Below, piece by piece: positions 26,781 through 36,989 of a DNA stretch of 42,244 nucleotides. The number at the start of each line of letters is the position of its first letter. The stretch's first letter is position 1. The DNA lies in assembly GCA_937864265.1 (NCBI GenBank), contig CALMIR010000029.1, positions 1 to 42,244 of the forward strand, written 5' to 3'. The notes under the pieces are model-generated. The model did no database searches, was not told the origin of the DNA, and saw only the letters and a program-made list of their open reading frames with translations. Position numbers and translations under genes: made by a program. Source of the DNA: an uncultured Saprospirales bacterium. Lineage in GTDB: Bacteria; Bacteroidota; Bacteroidia; Chitinophagales; Saprospiraceae.

Positions 26781-27131
26781 ATGAAAATTTTAATGTTAAC
26801 CATGTTGAGCCTAATGATGTACTCATTATCTTATTCCCAAACCATAGCGGGCGTTTGGAGTACAGGAAAAGAAAATACGACCATTCAAGTCCTTCAGGAG
26901 GGGGGTGAATGGGTAGGTAAGATAAAATCGTCCGATAATGATCAGGCTACTATTGGCAAAGTGATCCTGAAAGATTTGGAAAAACAAGGAAATATCTGGA
27001 CAGGTAAATTGTATGTCATTAAAAAACAAAAATGGGTTGATGTGAAGATTAGTCCGTTTGAATCCAAACTAGAGTTGCTCGTATCGGCAGGTTCTTCCAA
27101 AAAGAAAGTCGAATGGAAAAAAGTTAAGTAG
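26781..27131 (+). CDS. DUF2147-family small secreted protein
   Basis: Signal peptide, then GVWSTGKENTTIQV...GEWVGKI, typical of DUF2147 (G.W...... then W.GKI). Confidence 0.5.
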   Translation: MKILMLTMLSLMMYSLSYSQTIAGVWSTGKENTTIQVLQEGGEWVGKIKSSDNDQATIGKVILKDLEKQGNIWTGKLYVIKKQKWVDVKISPFESKLELLVSAGSSKKKVEWKKVK

Positions 27132-27154
27132 TTTATTTTTTTAAACACATCGCA

Positions 27155-27997
27155 GTGAAACTCAAAAAAGTAATAATCACCATTCTTGGCATTCTTCTTT
27201 TGATAGTTGCCTTGGGTGTCATCTTTCTGCCTCAGATCTTAAAGGGGCTTGGTTATCATCCAGATTACGAAAAAGTGCCTTACCATTTCAAGGACAAAAA
27301 AGCGCTGATTATCACGACAAGTCACGATGTGTTAGGCGAGACAGGGAAAGCCACTGGGGTGTATCCTTCTGAAATGACCATTCCGTATTATGAATTCTTA
27401 GATGCAGGGCTTGATGTGGACATTGCGAGCATTAAAGGAGGAGAAATACCTCTAGATCCTATTGGGTTAAACTATTACATGAAATCACATGCCGACAAAC
27501 GCTATCTAAAAGATGAGGTGGCATTAGACAAAACTAAAAATTCTCTGAGCGTAGCGGATGTAGATTTTTTGGATTACGACATCATTTTTATGGCCGGGGG
27601 CTGGGGGGCTTCTTATGATTTAGGAAGTAGCGAAATTCTTGGCCAGAAAATAACAGACGCTAATACGGAAGGTATTTTGCTTGGCTCCGTTTGTCATGGT
27701 TCTTTGGGCTTCCTTATGGCAAAAGATACTACCGGATTGCCTCTGGTACAGGGGAAAAAGATGACAGGTGTAACCGATAAACAAGTTAAAGAATTAAACA
27801 TAAGTATTACTCCAATGCACCCGGAAACGGAGTTGAAAAAACATGGAGCAATCTTCCAAGCCAATACCGGTATTAGAGATTTTCTACAGACGCTTACCGT
27901 TGTAGATGGAAATATCGTCACAGGACAAAATCAAAACTCATCAGGAGAAGCGGCTCAAACATTACTAGCGCGGCTAAATGAAAGAAGCCGTGAATAG
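27155..27997 (+). CDS. DJ-1/PfpI-family (type 1 glutamine amidotransferase-like) protein with N-terminal membrane anchor
   Basis: GTG start. Nucleophile elbow LLGSVCHGSLGFL (Cys-His). The N-terminal helix is hydrophobic. Confidence 0.65.
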   Translation: MKLKKVIITILGILLLIVALGVIFLPQILKGLGYHPDYEKVPYHFKDKKALIITTSHDVLGETGKATGVYPSEMTIPYYEFLDAGLDVDIASIKGGEIPLDPIGLNYYMKSHADKRYLKDEVALDKTKNSLSVADVDFLDYDIIFMAGGWGASYDLGSSEILGQKITDANTEGILLGSVCHGSLGFLMAKDTTGLPLVQGKKMTGVTDKQVKELNISITPMHPETELKKHGAIFQANTGIRDFLQTLTVVDGNIVTGQNQNSSGEAAQTLLARLNERSRE

Positions 27998-29090
27998 TAT
28001 TTGGGTCAAAAACAAACGCTTGTGGGTCATATTGTCCATTTACCTGATGCTATGCGGGGCACTGGCCATTTTTCTGCGCAATCCGCCTGATGCCGTAATC
28101 GATTATTTAATACAATCGACGGTGTCATGGAATCAGAATCGGAAATTCTTCGAAGAAGATGGATTGTATGTTATTACCACTGGTACAGGTGCACCCATGC
28201 CAGACAAAAATAGGGCTGGCTCGCAAACTGTTGTCGTGGCAGGCGAGCAAGTATTGGTATTCGATGCGGGGCCGGGAAGTACGCTTAAATTAGAACTTTC
28301 GCCAGTTGATGTAGGTAATCTGGATGCTTTGTTTATTACCCATTTTCATTCCGACCATATTGGAGGAATGGGGGAATTGATGCTGAAAAGATGGGCAAAT
28401 GGAAGCCCGCAGCAGCCACTAGCCATTTATGGTCCTCCGGGCGTAGAAGAAATCTTGCAGGGTTTTGAAACGGCTTACCAAATGGACAAGATGCACCGCA
28501 TAGATCATCATGGTGAAGAGGTCATGCCATCTACGGGCTTTGGCGGAGCCGCTCATCCTTTTGATTTAGGTAAGGATTTGATGTCCAGTAAGGTGGTTTA
28601 CCGAAAGGGTGATGTGGAAGTGATAGCCTTCAATGTAGATCATAGCCCGGTATTCCCGGCGGTTGGTTACCGAGTACAGTACAAAAATCGAAGTGTAGTG
28701 ATAACAGGCGACACAAAATATAAAGAAAGCCTGATTGCCCATTCAAAAAACGCAGATGTTCTGCTGAGTGAAGCGCTCAATAAGAAGTTTTCAACTATGT
28801 TGGCAAATGCCGGACAAAACACGGCTACTAATATCACTGCCATTGCAACCGATATTCAAGATTATCACATTAGTCCCAAAGAGGCCGCCGATGTAGCCCG
28901 GGAAGCAGGTGTTCAACAGTTGGTCTTGACTCATATTTTGCCGCCTGTTCCCCATGAATTACTGGTTCGTCCTTTCTTAAAAGAAGCAAGACAAGCATTT
29001 GAAGGCAACATTTATATGGCAAACGACGGCACCATGATTTTTTTGCCTTTAGGATCAAAAAAAGTAAACATCACAGAATTACTCAAATGA
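27978..29090 (+). CDS. MBL-fold metallo-hydrolase (membrane-anchored)
   Basis: HxHxDH motif (THFHSDHIGG), later conserved His/Asp positions, and an N-terminal TM helix. Overlaps the upstream gene by 20 bp. Confidence 0.75.
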   Translation: MKEAVNSIWVKNKRLWVILSIYLMLCGALAIFLRNPPDAVIDYLIQSTVSWNQNRKFFEEDGLYVITTGTGAPMPDKNRAGSQTVVVAGEQVLVFDAGPGSTLKLELSPVDVGNLDALFITHFHSDHIGGMGELMLKRWANGSPQQPLAIYGPPGVEEILQGFETAYQMDKMHRIDHHGEEVMPSTGFGGAAHPFDLGKDLMSSKVVYRKGDVEVIAFNVDHSPVFPAVGYRVQYKNRSVVITGDTKYKESLIAHSKNADVLLSEALNKKFSTMLANAGQNTATNITAIATDIQDYHISPKEAADVAREAGVQQLVLTHILPPVPHELLVRPFLKEARQAFEGNIYMANDGTMIFLPLGSKKVNITELLK

Positions 29091-29257
29091 ACAACAAGGC
29101 AACCTATATAAAGTCCGTCCTCTTTGTATTTGGATTGCTGATGCTGAGCCGGATTCCGGCATTGGTGTCGGGAAGCTTAGACGCAGTGACCATAGTTTCC
29201 ACGATCGTAGAGTTTTTCTTTTTGGTATGGGGCGTGCTGTTGTTGGTTAAAAAGTAG
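29087..29257 (+). CDS. Unannotated 56-aa two-helix membrane peptide (below the ORF-track size cutoff)
   Basis: ATGA overlap with the MBL gene stop (ATG 29087-29089). It translates to MNNKATYIKSVLFVFGLLMLSRIPALVSGSLDAVTIVSTIVEFFFLVWGVLLLVKK, i.e. two hydrophobic helices. Ends 7 bp before the K+ channel gene. Confidence 0.3.
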   Translation: MNNKATYIKSVLFVFGLLMLSRIPALVSGSLDAVTIVSTIVEFFFLVWGVLLLVKK

Positions 29258-29263
29258 TTTTTC

Positions 29264-29584
29264 ATGGCAAACGAGTACATAAGGCAAAATTCAGAATTGT
29301 ACGTGGCATTGGTAACGCTATGCGGATGGATAGCATTGGGAACATTTGTATTCCAGCGTTTGGAAGATTGGACACGAATAGAAGCCTTTTATTTCGCTGT
29401 TGTTACCATTACGACGGTTGGTTATGGCGATCTTTCTCCGACAACAGACATCAGTCGATTATTTACTACTCTTTATATTTTGGTCGGTGTAAGCATAGGC
29501 TTGGTCACATTAAGTATCGTAGGCTCCAGGATAATAGCGTACCGATTGAGAGGATATTATAAACGCAAGAAAAATAATTCCTAA
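29264..29584 (+). CDS. Minimal two-TM potassium channel (KcsA-like pore-only subunit)
   Basis: Canonical selectivity filter TTVGYGD between two hydrophobic helices. Only 106 aa, with no RCK or other regulatory domain. Confidence 0.75.
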   Translation: MANEYIRQNSELYVALVTLCGWIALGTFVFQRLEDWTRIEAFYFAVVTITTVGYGDLSPTTDISRLFTTLYILVGVSIGLVTLSIVGSRIIAYRLRGYYKRKKNNS

Positions 29585-29614
29585 AACATTTAAACAAAAA
29601 AACAATTCAATTAT

Positions 29615-30340
29615 ATGTCTATGAGAGGCTTAAATCTAATCTTGATATTTGTAGCAGTAAGCTATCAACTAAAAGGCCAGGAGCAGTATGAGATTCCCAA
29701 GTTTTATGTAGGTGTAGCCTTTGGAACGAGTTTCCCAATTGGAGATTTTGGCAGTACTGACATTAGCAATCCTGATGCTGGCTTCGCCAAAAACGGTCGG
29801 CGATTTGATGTTTACGGGGGGCATTTTTTAAATAATAGAGAAAGAACGACTTTGACCGGGGTATTTCGATACCAGACTTTTGAGACGGAAATCGAAGACC
29901 TTATCGCAGACCTCAAGGTCGATGACCCCAATTTGGAATTGATTGGTAGCACAGAAGATTGGCAGGTATATTCGCTTTTAGTGGGTCTTGCATACAAAGT
30001 AGATATAGGGTCGAAGTTTGCATTTTTCCCTAGATTTGGCATGGGGCCACTTTGGACTACGACCCCGGGCATTACCATAAATGCTCCAAATGCAGTAATT
30101 ACCCAGAAATTTGATCATAGCTCAGAAACGGGTTTGGGATTGGGGTATGAATTGGGCATTGGGCTAAATAGAAAACTGGGCAAGCACTTTGCCTTGATGC
30201 CTACCTTCACCTTTAGTGGTGGATTTGTTACGGTTAATGATGTGGTTACCACAACAGATAACATTACCGCAATCGGAAATTACCAGCCAACTATTCAGTC
30301 TTTTAACATCGGGTTATCTTTGGCCTACAAAATATTTTAG
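29615..30340 (+). CDS. Outer-membrane beta-barrel protein (porin/OmpA-like barrel family)
   Basis: Signal peptide, alternating hydrophobic beta-strand pattern, and a C-terminal aromatic terminus (AYKIF). Confidence 0.5.
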   Translation: MSMRGLNLILIFVAVSYQLKGQEQYEIPKFYVGVAFGTSFPIGDFGSTDISNPDAGFAKNGRRFDVYGGHFLNNRERTTLTGVFRYQTFETEIEDLIADLKVDDPNLELIGSTEDWQVYSLLVGLAYKVDIGSKFAFFPRFGMGPLWTTTPGITINAPNAVITQKFDHSSETGLGLGYELGIGLNRKLGKHFALMPTFTFSGGFVTVNDVVTTTDNITAIGNYQPTIQSFNIGLSLAYKIF

Positions 30341-30351
30341 CGACACTAAAA

Positions 30352-32691
30352 ATGGGATACATGAACTTAAATAGCATCTTGGTATGTGTTTTTATACTTT
30401 TTTTGAATATCGTCCAAGCACAGCGGTCGTTGCAAGTAGCTATTATCTCCGATGCCAATGACGACGACAATCATTTTTTTGAGGAAACGATAAAGTCAGA
30501 AATCAATACCTTGTTGGGATCGCGCTTTGAGGCGAATTACGTGGAAATATATACAGGGGGTAATATTGAAAAATTAAAGCAAGCTGTAGAAACCATTTAC
30601 CGCGAGCGAAAGGTTGACGTTGTCATAGGCTCCAGGATTGTGACCAGCAAATGGCTCAAAGACCTAGGGCAATATCCTATTCCTACCATAGCTTCCATCC
30701 AATTAACCGATGAGTTACTCGAAGCTGAAGCCAGCGCAAATAGAACCAGCGATATAAATAATTTTACGTACATCAATTCTCCGTTCAACATTATTGATGG
30801 AATTGAAAAATTAACACAAATCTGCCATTGCCAAGAAATTGCTGTTTTAACGCCTCCAGCTTTTTTAGAAATGGGTCTTAATGCCCGTTATCTTGAGCCG
30901 GGTAATTCCATCCAACTCAACTGGATAGAGCTGGATGCCGATCTAATAAATTCGGTCTCTAGAATCCCTGATGAGGTTGGCGCGGTGTACCTATTATCTC
31001 CCATGGCTGACTACAAAATGGAAGATTTACAATTGTTTTTTAAAAAATTACAGCAGCAAAACCTGCCAAGCTTCACACTTTTGGATGCTCCCCTTCTCCA
31101 ATTAGGTGCTTATGCGGCTTACGCTTCAAGTGAAAATTTAATGAAAATACCTAGGCGAATAGCCTTGAATGTTGAGAGGATCATGGAAGGGCAAAATGCT
31201 AAAGACCTTCCAGTGAATATGGAAACTTTTTCACAGCAGCTTCACATCAACATGGAAGCGGTAAAAAAAACCAACCTTTACCCCGATTGGAATCTGTTGG
31301 ATGAAGCCATTTTAATCTATATCAATCGACCCTACACCACGCGGGTGATCAATTTAAAATCAGCTATTGCTGAAGGTATGGAAAACAATTTGGGCTATCA
31401 AATTGCTGAAAAGGAGGCTGAAATTAGTAGTAAAGGAATAGGTTTGGCGAGAAGCAATTACTTGCCTCAATTGAATGTGGAATCCACTGGTTATTTTTTG
31501 GACTCTAACAGTGTTAATAACTCTTTCGGTACACAAGGAGAATTCAATTGGACGGCGGGCGCATCCTTTTCACAATTGATTCTGTCAGAGCCTGCAATGG
31601 CGAATATCGCTATCCAAAAATTACTTTACGAAAGTGACCTAAAAGCCAAAGACCAATCCGAATTAGATGTAATACTGGAAACAGCGCAACGGTTTTTTAA
31701 TATTTTGCAAATAAAAGCGGTTGCCGATTTGCAAAATGACAATATACAAGCCATCAACCAAAATTTAACCATAGCCACCGACAAGCAAAAAGTGGGTTAC
31801 AGCGGATTAAGCGATGTGCATCGATGGAAGACCGAGTTGAATTTAGCAAAGACGGATTTAAATGCAACAAATGCGCAGCTTCAAGCAGCATCTTATGCAT
31901 TAAATGAGAGTTTGAATCGTCCGATAGGCGAAAGTTTTGCTATTTCAGACGATGAAAGTATCAATAGTTTAATTGAAGAATTGGATGATATTTTCTCCGA
32001 ATTGATTCCAAACGAGGCAGTACTCAATCTTTTTGCCGATTTTATGGTTCGGGAAGCATTTGAGAACCTTCCCGAAGTAAAACAAATCGATCTGGCCATA
32101 GCTGCGCAGGAGCGTTTGCTAAAGTCTAATAAACGTGCGTTTTATATACCTACTATTGGAGTTGGCGCCCAATACAACTACCCAATAGAAACGGTAAATC
32201 CAGGGGAGCCGCCGCCCATACCGGGCTTTGAGACGGAAATTAATCCCAATTGGAATGTTGGAGTCAATGTCTCCTATCCCATTTTTAATGGATTGGCAAG
32301 AAAGCAGCAGAAAGAACAAACCAAAATAGGTTTGCTACAACTGCAAGACAATAAAAAGGAGGTCAACAACCTGCTCGAGTTGCAAGTGAGGGCAAATGTT
32401 CAAACGGTAAGTGCCTCATTCAATAACATTCGACTAACTGAAAACGCAGCAACAGAAGCAAATAAAAACGTGGCCATTGTGCGAGACTTTTACAAATCCG
32501 GGCAAGTAGATATCATTACCCTGGTAGATGCTCAGAACACCTTATTGGGCGCCCAAATAAATGCTGCGAATGCTAAATACCAATTTATGATTGACTATTT
32601 CGCCTTACAGCGTTCTGTGGGCTACTATTTGTTTTTAGACACAGAAGATAACAAACAAGCGTTTCTCCAGAGATTCGTGAATTTTAAATAA
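30352..32691 (+). CDS. TolC-like outer membrane efflux factor fused to an N-terminal PF04392-like (ABC_sub_bind) periplasmic binding domain
   Basis: The C-terminal ~430 aa show duplicated outer-membrane-efflux-protein repeats. The N-terminal ~320 aa follow the ABC_sub_bind pattern (IPTIAS..., GAVYLLSP, LPSFTL, LGAYAAYASSENLMKIPRRIALNVERIMEGQNAKDLPVNMETF..LHINMEAVKK). Confidence 0.7.
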   Translation: MGYMNLNSILVCVFILFLNIVQAQRSLQVAIISDANDDDNHFFEETIKSEINTLLGSRFEANYVEIYTGGNIEKLKQAVETIYRERKVDVVIGSRIVTSKWLKDLGQYPIPTIASIQLTDELLEAEASANRTSDINNFTYINSPFNIIDGIEKLTQICHCQEIAVLTPPAFLEMGLNARYLEPGNSIQLNWIELDADLINSVSRIPDEVGAVYLLSPMADYKMEDLQLFFKKLQQQNLPSFTLLDAPLLQLGAYAAYASSENLMKIPRRIALNVERIMEGQNAKDLPVNMETFSQQLHINMEAVKKTNLYPDWNLLDEAILIYINRPYTTRVINLKSAIAEGMENNLGYQIAEKEAEISSKGIGLARSNYLPQLNVESTGYFLDSNSVNNSFGTQGEFNWTAGASFSQLILSEPAMANIAIQKLLYESDLKAKDQSELDVILETAQRFFNILQIKAVADLQNDNIQAINQNLTIATDKQKVGYSGLSDVHRWKTELNLAKTDLNATNAQLQAASYALNESLNRPIGESFAISDDESINSLIEELDDIFSELIPNEAVLNLFADFMVREAFENLPEVKQIDLAIAAQERLLKSNKRAFYIPTIGVGAQYNYPIETVNPGEPPPIPGFETEINPNWNVGVNVSYPIFNGLARKQQKEQTKIGLLQLQDNKKEVNNLLELQVRANVQTVSASFNNIRLTENAATEANKNVAIVRDFYKSGQVDIITLVDAQNTLLGAQINAANAKYQFMIDYFALQRSVGYYLFLDTEDNKQAFLQRFVNFK

Positions 32692-32698
32692 ACAAAAT

Positions 32699-33868
32699 AT
32701 GAGACCATACTTAGTTTTCCTGTCTATGATTATGCTTGTTTCTTGTGGCAATGAACAACAAGAACAGGGGGAGAGCGTCCGACCTGTGAAATACGCCAAA
32801 GTGTTAAAACAAACAGGCCAAATAACCCACTCCTTCTCAGGTGAGGTCAAAGCTAAGGACGAAGTGGAGCTCAGCTTTAAGGTATCAGGCACTTTGAGTA
32901 CATTGAATGTAAAGTTCGGAGAAAGGGTCAGCAAAGGTCAGTTGATTGCCTCCATAGACCCTACGGACTATTCCATACAATCCAATCAAGCCGTATCGCA
33001 AAAGGAAGGTTCTTTAGCCAATAAGCAAAGTGCCGAAGCCAATACCAAAGCAGCCGAGGCGCAATTGATAAATGCACGAGAAACCTATCAGAGGGTTGCC
33101 AAATTGTATGAAAACAATAGTGTGGCTTTAAGCGAATACCAACAGGCAAAAGCAGCCTTAGATGCAGCACAAGCACAATACGATGCGGCCGTTTCTCAAG
33201 TGAAGGCAGCCGGCACGCAGATTACTTCCGCCGATCAGCAAGTACAAGCGGCCAACAACCAAGTGGGCTATACGCGCTTGTATGCGCCTATAAATGGAGT
33301 AATTACGGATGTGAAGGTAGATGAAAACGAAGTGGTAAATGCAGGCGCTGGCATTGCCATCTTGAGTTCCACAAACCAACTGCTAGTGGAAGTCGGGATA
33401 CCAGAAAGCATCATTAATAAATTGTACGTCGGCCAGCAGGCTGCGGTTACATTACCCTCTGTATCCGACGAACCCCTTGAAGCTGTGATTGATGAATTGG
33501 CCTATGCCTCAGGACGCGCTACTACCTATCCTGTCAGACTCAAATTGATAAATACATTAGATGACATTCGTCCGGGTATGGTGGCAGAAGTGGAATTTGT
33601 CATTGAAAACAAAACAGTTACACCTGCAAAGAACTTGTTAATCACCCCCATTAAAGCCATAGCCAGTGGTACAGAAGGAAACTATGTCTATCGATTGATT
33701 CCCGAAAACAAAGATGGATTATACAAAGCCGAAAAGGTGCGTGTGAAGCTTGGTAGTATAATCAATCAGGGATATGTCATAGAAGAGGGGCTAGAGGAAG
33801 GTGATCTTGTCGCAGTAGCCGGGCTCAATTTCCTATATGATGGCAAAGTTGTGAAACTCTTAAAATAG
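32699..33868 (+). CDS. RND efflux periplasmic adaptor subunit (HlyD/MFP family) lipoprotein
   Basis: Lipobox LVSCGN, a long alpha-hairpin (Q/A-rich) region, and beta-barrel/MP domains. Adjacent to the RND permease. Confidence 0.8.
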   Translation: MRPYLVFLSMIMLVSCGNEQQEQGESVRPVKYAKVLKQTGQITHSFSGEVKAKDEVELSFKVSGTLSTLNVKFGERVSKGQLIASIDPTDYSIQSNQAVSQKEGSLANKQSAEANTKAAEAQLINARETYQRVAKLYENNSVALSEYQQAKAALDAAQAQYDAAVSQVKAAGTQITSADQQVQAANNQVGYTRLYAPINGVITDVKVDENEVVNAGAGIAILSSTNQLLVEVGIPESIINKLYVGQQAAVTLPSVSDEPLEAVIDELAYASGRATTYPVRLKLINTLDDIRPGMVAEVEFVIENKTVTPAKNLLITPIKAIASGTEGNYVYRLIPENKDGLYKAEKVRVKLGSIINQGYVIEEGLEEGDLVAVAGLNFLYDGKVVKLLK

Positions 33869-33873
33869 GCTTT

Positions 33874-36800
33874 ATGAATATTACCAAACTGGCATTACAA
33901 TACAACAGAGTTACCCTTCTTGCCTTGCTTGTCATCATCGCATTAGGCTTGATGCAGTATAAAAATTTGTCGAGAGATAGTATGCCTCCTTTCGTAGTGC
34001 GGACAGCCACGATAATAACTCAATTCCCAGGCGCAAGTCCAGAAAGAGTGGAATCGCTAATTTCTGACAAAATAGAGAAAGTTTTACAAGAAATACCCGA
34101 AGTAAAAACAATTCAAAGCACCAGTAGAACAGGCGTTTCAATAATAAAAATTTCGGTTGACGACAATATTTCTGCAAGCGAGCTGCAAGTTGTTTGGGAT
34201 TTGGCAAGAAGAAAAATTGAAAACATAAGAAATGATTTACCCGATGGTATTTTTGGCCCTAACTTAGATGACGAAGATGTAGGTGTGGTTTATGGTATTG
34301 TCGTTGGATTGGAGGCGGATGGTTTTGAGTATAGCGAGCTAAAAGATTATGCCGACGATTTAAGAAATGAACTCATAGCGCTGGACGATGCGGCGAAAGT
34401 AGTGATTGGGGGAGCCGTAGAAGAGCGTATTTATGTAGCGTACAACGATGCAAAACTCGCCCAACTTGGCCTCACGGCAACTCAGGTGCAAAACATCATT
34501 TCTTACAGTAATATTATCATCCCTTCAGGCCAGGTAAACTTAGGCGAAGAGCGTATTATTTTAGAATCATCAGGAAATTTCGAATCGGTAGAGGCTATAC
34601 AAAACTTGGTTATCCCTTTAAATAGACAAGGTGAAACCATCCGATTGGGGGAGATTGCCAACGTAGGCCGAGGCTATGTTCAGCCGTATGAGTCTATTGT
34701 TCGCGTAAATGGTAACCCTGCCCTTTCCTTGTCGATTTCGCTAAAAGAAGGAGCGAACTTGATCGACTTAGGCAAAGATGTGGACCAATTGATACAAGAT
34801 TACAACGAGAATAATTTGCCACTCGGTATCGAAGCAGTTCGGATTGCCTCTCAGGATTTAGAAGTACAAAAAAAACTCGATGTTTTTGTTGGTAACTTAT
34901 TCCAAAGTATTGTCATTGTTTTGTTGGTGATATTACTCATACTGGGCTGGAGAGCCGGTGTGATCATTGCCAGTTTAATTCCTGGCACCATTATCCTGAC
35001 CTTCCTGCTAATGGGTATTTTTGGAGTAGGTCTTAATCAGGTGACCCTTGCGTCTCTGATTATGGCATTAGGGCTTTTGGTGGACAATGGGATTGTAATG
35101 GTGGAAGCCCTGATTGAAAAGCTGCAAAAAGGACAAAGTCGATTTCAAGCGGCAGTCAATTCAGCCAGTGAATTTTTCATTCCTTTGCTCATATCGTCTT
35201 TGACTACATGTGCGGCTTTCCTTGCTTTCTATTTGGCGGATGGCGCCTTGGGCGAGATGATGGGGAATATCTTTTTGGTCATTACGATGGCGCTACTTTC
35301 ATCGCTGCTATTTGCGTTTACCATCGTACCACTTTTCGCCAATTATTTTCTAAAAGTAAAGCAGGGCGAACACGAACATCAAACCATATTTGACCGATTC
35401 AGAGGCAAGTACAATGACTTTTTGAATTGGGCATTGAATCGTCCCGTGATTACTTTGATAACCATTGTCCTATTGTTCGTTGTGGCATTGGTTGGCTTTG
35501 GATATGTGCCCAGTATCTTTATGCCTCCGAGCGATAGAAATTTGGTCGTCGTCGATATTAATTTTCCTTTGGGTACGAAAATAGAAACGACAGATGGGCA
35601 AGTCGCATTAATGGATCGGTATATACGAGATAGTCTTGAGGTGGACAATGCTAGCCAAGAAGGTATAGTCAATTGGTCATCCTATATCGGTAGAGGGCCG
35701 GAAGCCTACGACCTGGGTTACTTCCCGGGAGAACCAAATTCGTCCTATGCCCATATGTTGCTGAATACTACTTCCAATGAAGCCAATGATATAGTCATTG
35801 AGCGATTGCAAAAATTTGTGGGGCAAAACATTTTTGATGCGGAAGTGAAAATCAGTCGCCTGGTGGGATCAGGCGGAGCCGAAGCACCCATTGAAATCCG
35901 GGTATCCGGCGAGAATCCGGATGAACTCTTCAAAATTGCAGAAAGTATCAAAACCCGCTTGTATCAAACGGCAGGTGTAATGAATATTAGCGATGATTGG
36001 GGGCCGCGGAGCAAGAAACTTTATATAGATATTGATGACGATAAACTCGCCAAAGCGGGACTTACCAACCAAGATGTTGCCCTTTCGTTGCTAACTTCCC
36101 TCAATGGTTTCGAGGTGGGTGAATATAGGGATGAGGATAATACCATCCCAATCACCATGAAGCAAGAAAGTAGTGAGGAAATAGACTACAACGATATACA
36201 AAATCTGAATGTTTATTCTCAAATGTCGGGTACAAGCAGCCCTTTGTCACAGGTTGCCGAAATCAGAATACCCTGGCAATATTCCAAAATTTTAAGACGA
36301 AATCTCAAACGCAACCTCACCATACAGGCAAGCGTTCAAGAAGGCTATCTTGCGAGTGATATTATGGAAAACGATATTCGCCCGATGATTGAAGAAGAAG
36401 CAAGTACATGGGAAAAGGGATACGATTATGAATTTGGAGGAGATGCCGAAGGAAGCAATGATGCAATAGGAGCCGTAATGTTGAACTTACCGTTGTCTTT
36501 TTTCATCATTATCCTTTTGCTCACCATTCAGTTCAATTCCATGCGAAAGACGGGTATCATTTTTATGACGATTCCTTTGGCGGTCATAGGGGTAACGGCA
36601 GGACTATTATTAGCGGGGTCATTTTTTAGTTTCACGGCTTTTCTAGGTATTATTTCCTTAGCCGGAATCATCATCAATGATGCCATTGTTCTGGTAGATA
36701 AAATTGGTACAGAGCTTAACGAAGGCAATGGGCTATTAGAGAGTATAAAATCGGCCGCCAATCATCGGTTTAGCCCCATACTACTTACCACGCTGACCAC

Positions 36801-36969
36801 TTCTTGCGGTATGGTGCCCCTCTGGACAGGTGGCGGCGAACTGTGGTCTCCCATGGCAATAACGATGATTTTTGGTTTGCTTTTCGCTACTTTAATATTG
36901 TTAATCTTTGTGCCCGTTGTTTACTCATTGCTATTTAAAATAAAAAAAACAACAAATAATGCAGATTAA
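33874..36969 (+). CDS. RND efflux transporter permease (AcrB/HAE1-like)
   Basis: 1031 aa with the 12-TM / two-large-periplasmic-loop architecture. Conserved AcrB-like TM motifs (e.g. LASLIMALGLLVDNGIV, SLAGIIINDAIVLVD). Confidence 0.9.
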   Translation: MNITKLALQYNRVTLLALLVIIALGLMQYKNLSRDSMPPFVVRTATIITQFPGASPERVESLISDKIEKVLQEIPEVKTIQSTSRTGVSIIKISVDDNISASELQVVWDLARRKIENIRNDLPDGIFGPNLDDEDVGVVYGIVVGLEADGFEYSELKDYADDLRNELIALDDAAKVVIGGAVEERIYVAYNDAKLAQLGLTATQVQNIISYSNIIIPSGQVNLGEERIILESSGNFESVEAIQNLVIPLNRQGETIRLGEIANVGRGYVQPYESIVRVNGNPALSLSISLKEGANLIDLGKDVDQLIQDYNENNLPLGIEAVRIASQDLEVQKKLDVFVGNLFQSIVIVLLVILLILGWRAGVIIASLIPGTIILTFLLMGIFGVGLNQVTLASLIMALGLLVDNGIVMVEALIEKLQKGQSRFQAAVNSASEFFIPLLISSLTTCAAFLAFYLADGALGEMMGNIFLVITMALLSSLLFAFTIVPLFANYFLKVKQGEHEHQTIFDRFRGKYNDFLNWALNRPVITLITIVLLFVVALVGFGYVPSIFMPPSDRNLVVVDINFPLGTKIETTDGQVALMDRYIRDSLEVDNASQEGIVNWSSYIGRGPEAYDLGYFPGEPNSSYAHMLLNTTSNEANDIVIERLQKFVGQNIFDAEVKISRLVGSGGAEAPIEIRVSGENPDELFKIAESIKTRLYQTAGVMNISDDWGPRSKKLYIDIDDDKLAKAGLTNQDVALSLLTSLNGFEVGEYRDEDNTIPITMKQESSEEIDYNDIQNLNVYSQMSGTSSPLSQVAEIRIPWQYSKILRRNLKRNLTIQASVQEGYLASDIMENDIRPMIEEEASTWEKGYDYEFGGDAEGSNDAIGAVMLNLPLSFFIIILLLTIQFNSMRKTGIIFMTIPLAVIGVTAGLLLAGSFFSFTAFLGIISLAGIIINDAIVLVDKIGTELNEGNGLLESIKSAANHRFSPILLTTLTTSCGMVPLWTGGGELWSPMAITMIFGLLFATLILLIFVPVVYSLLFKIKKTTNNAD

Positions 36970-36989
36970 ATACTAAAACAAAAATTTCA

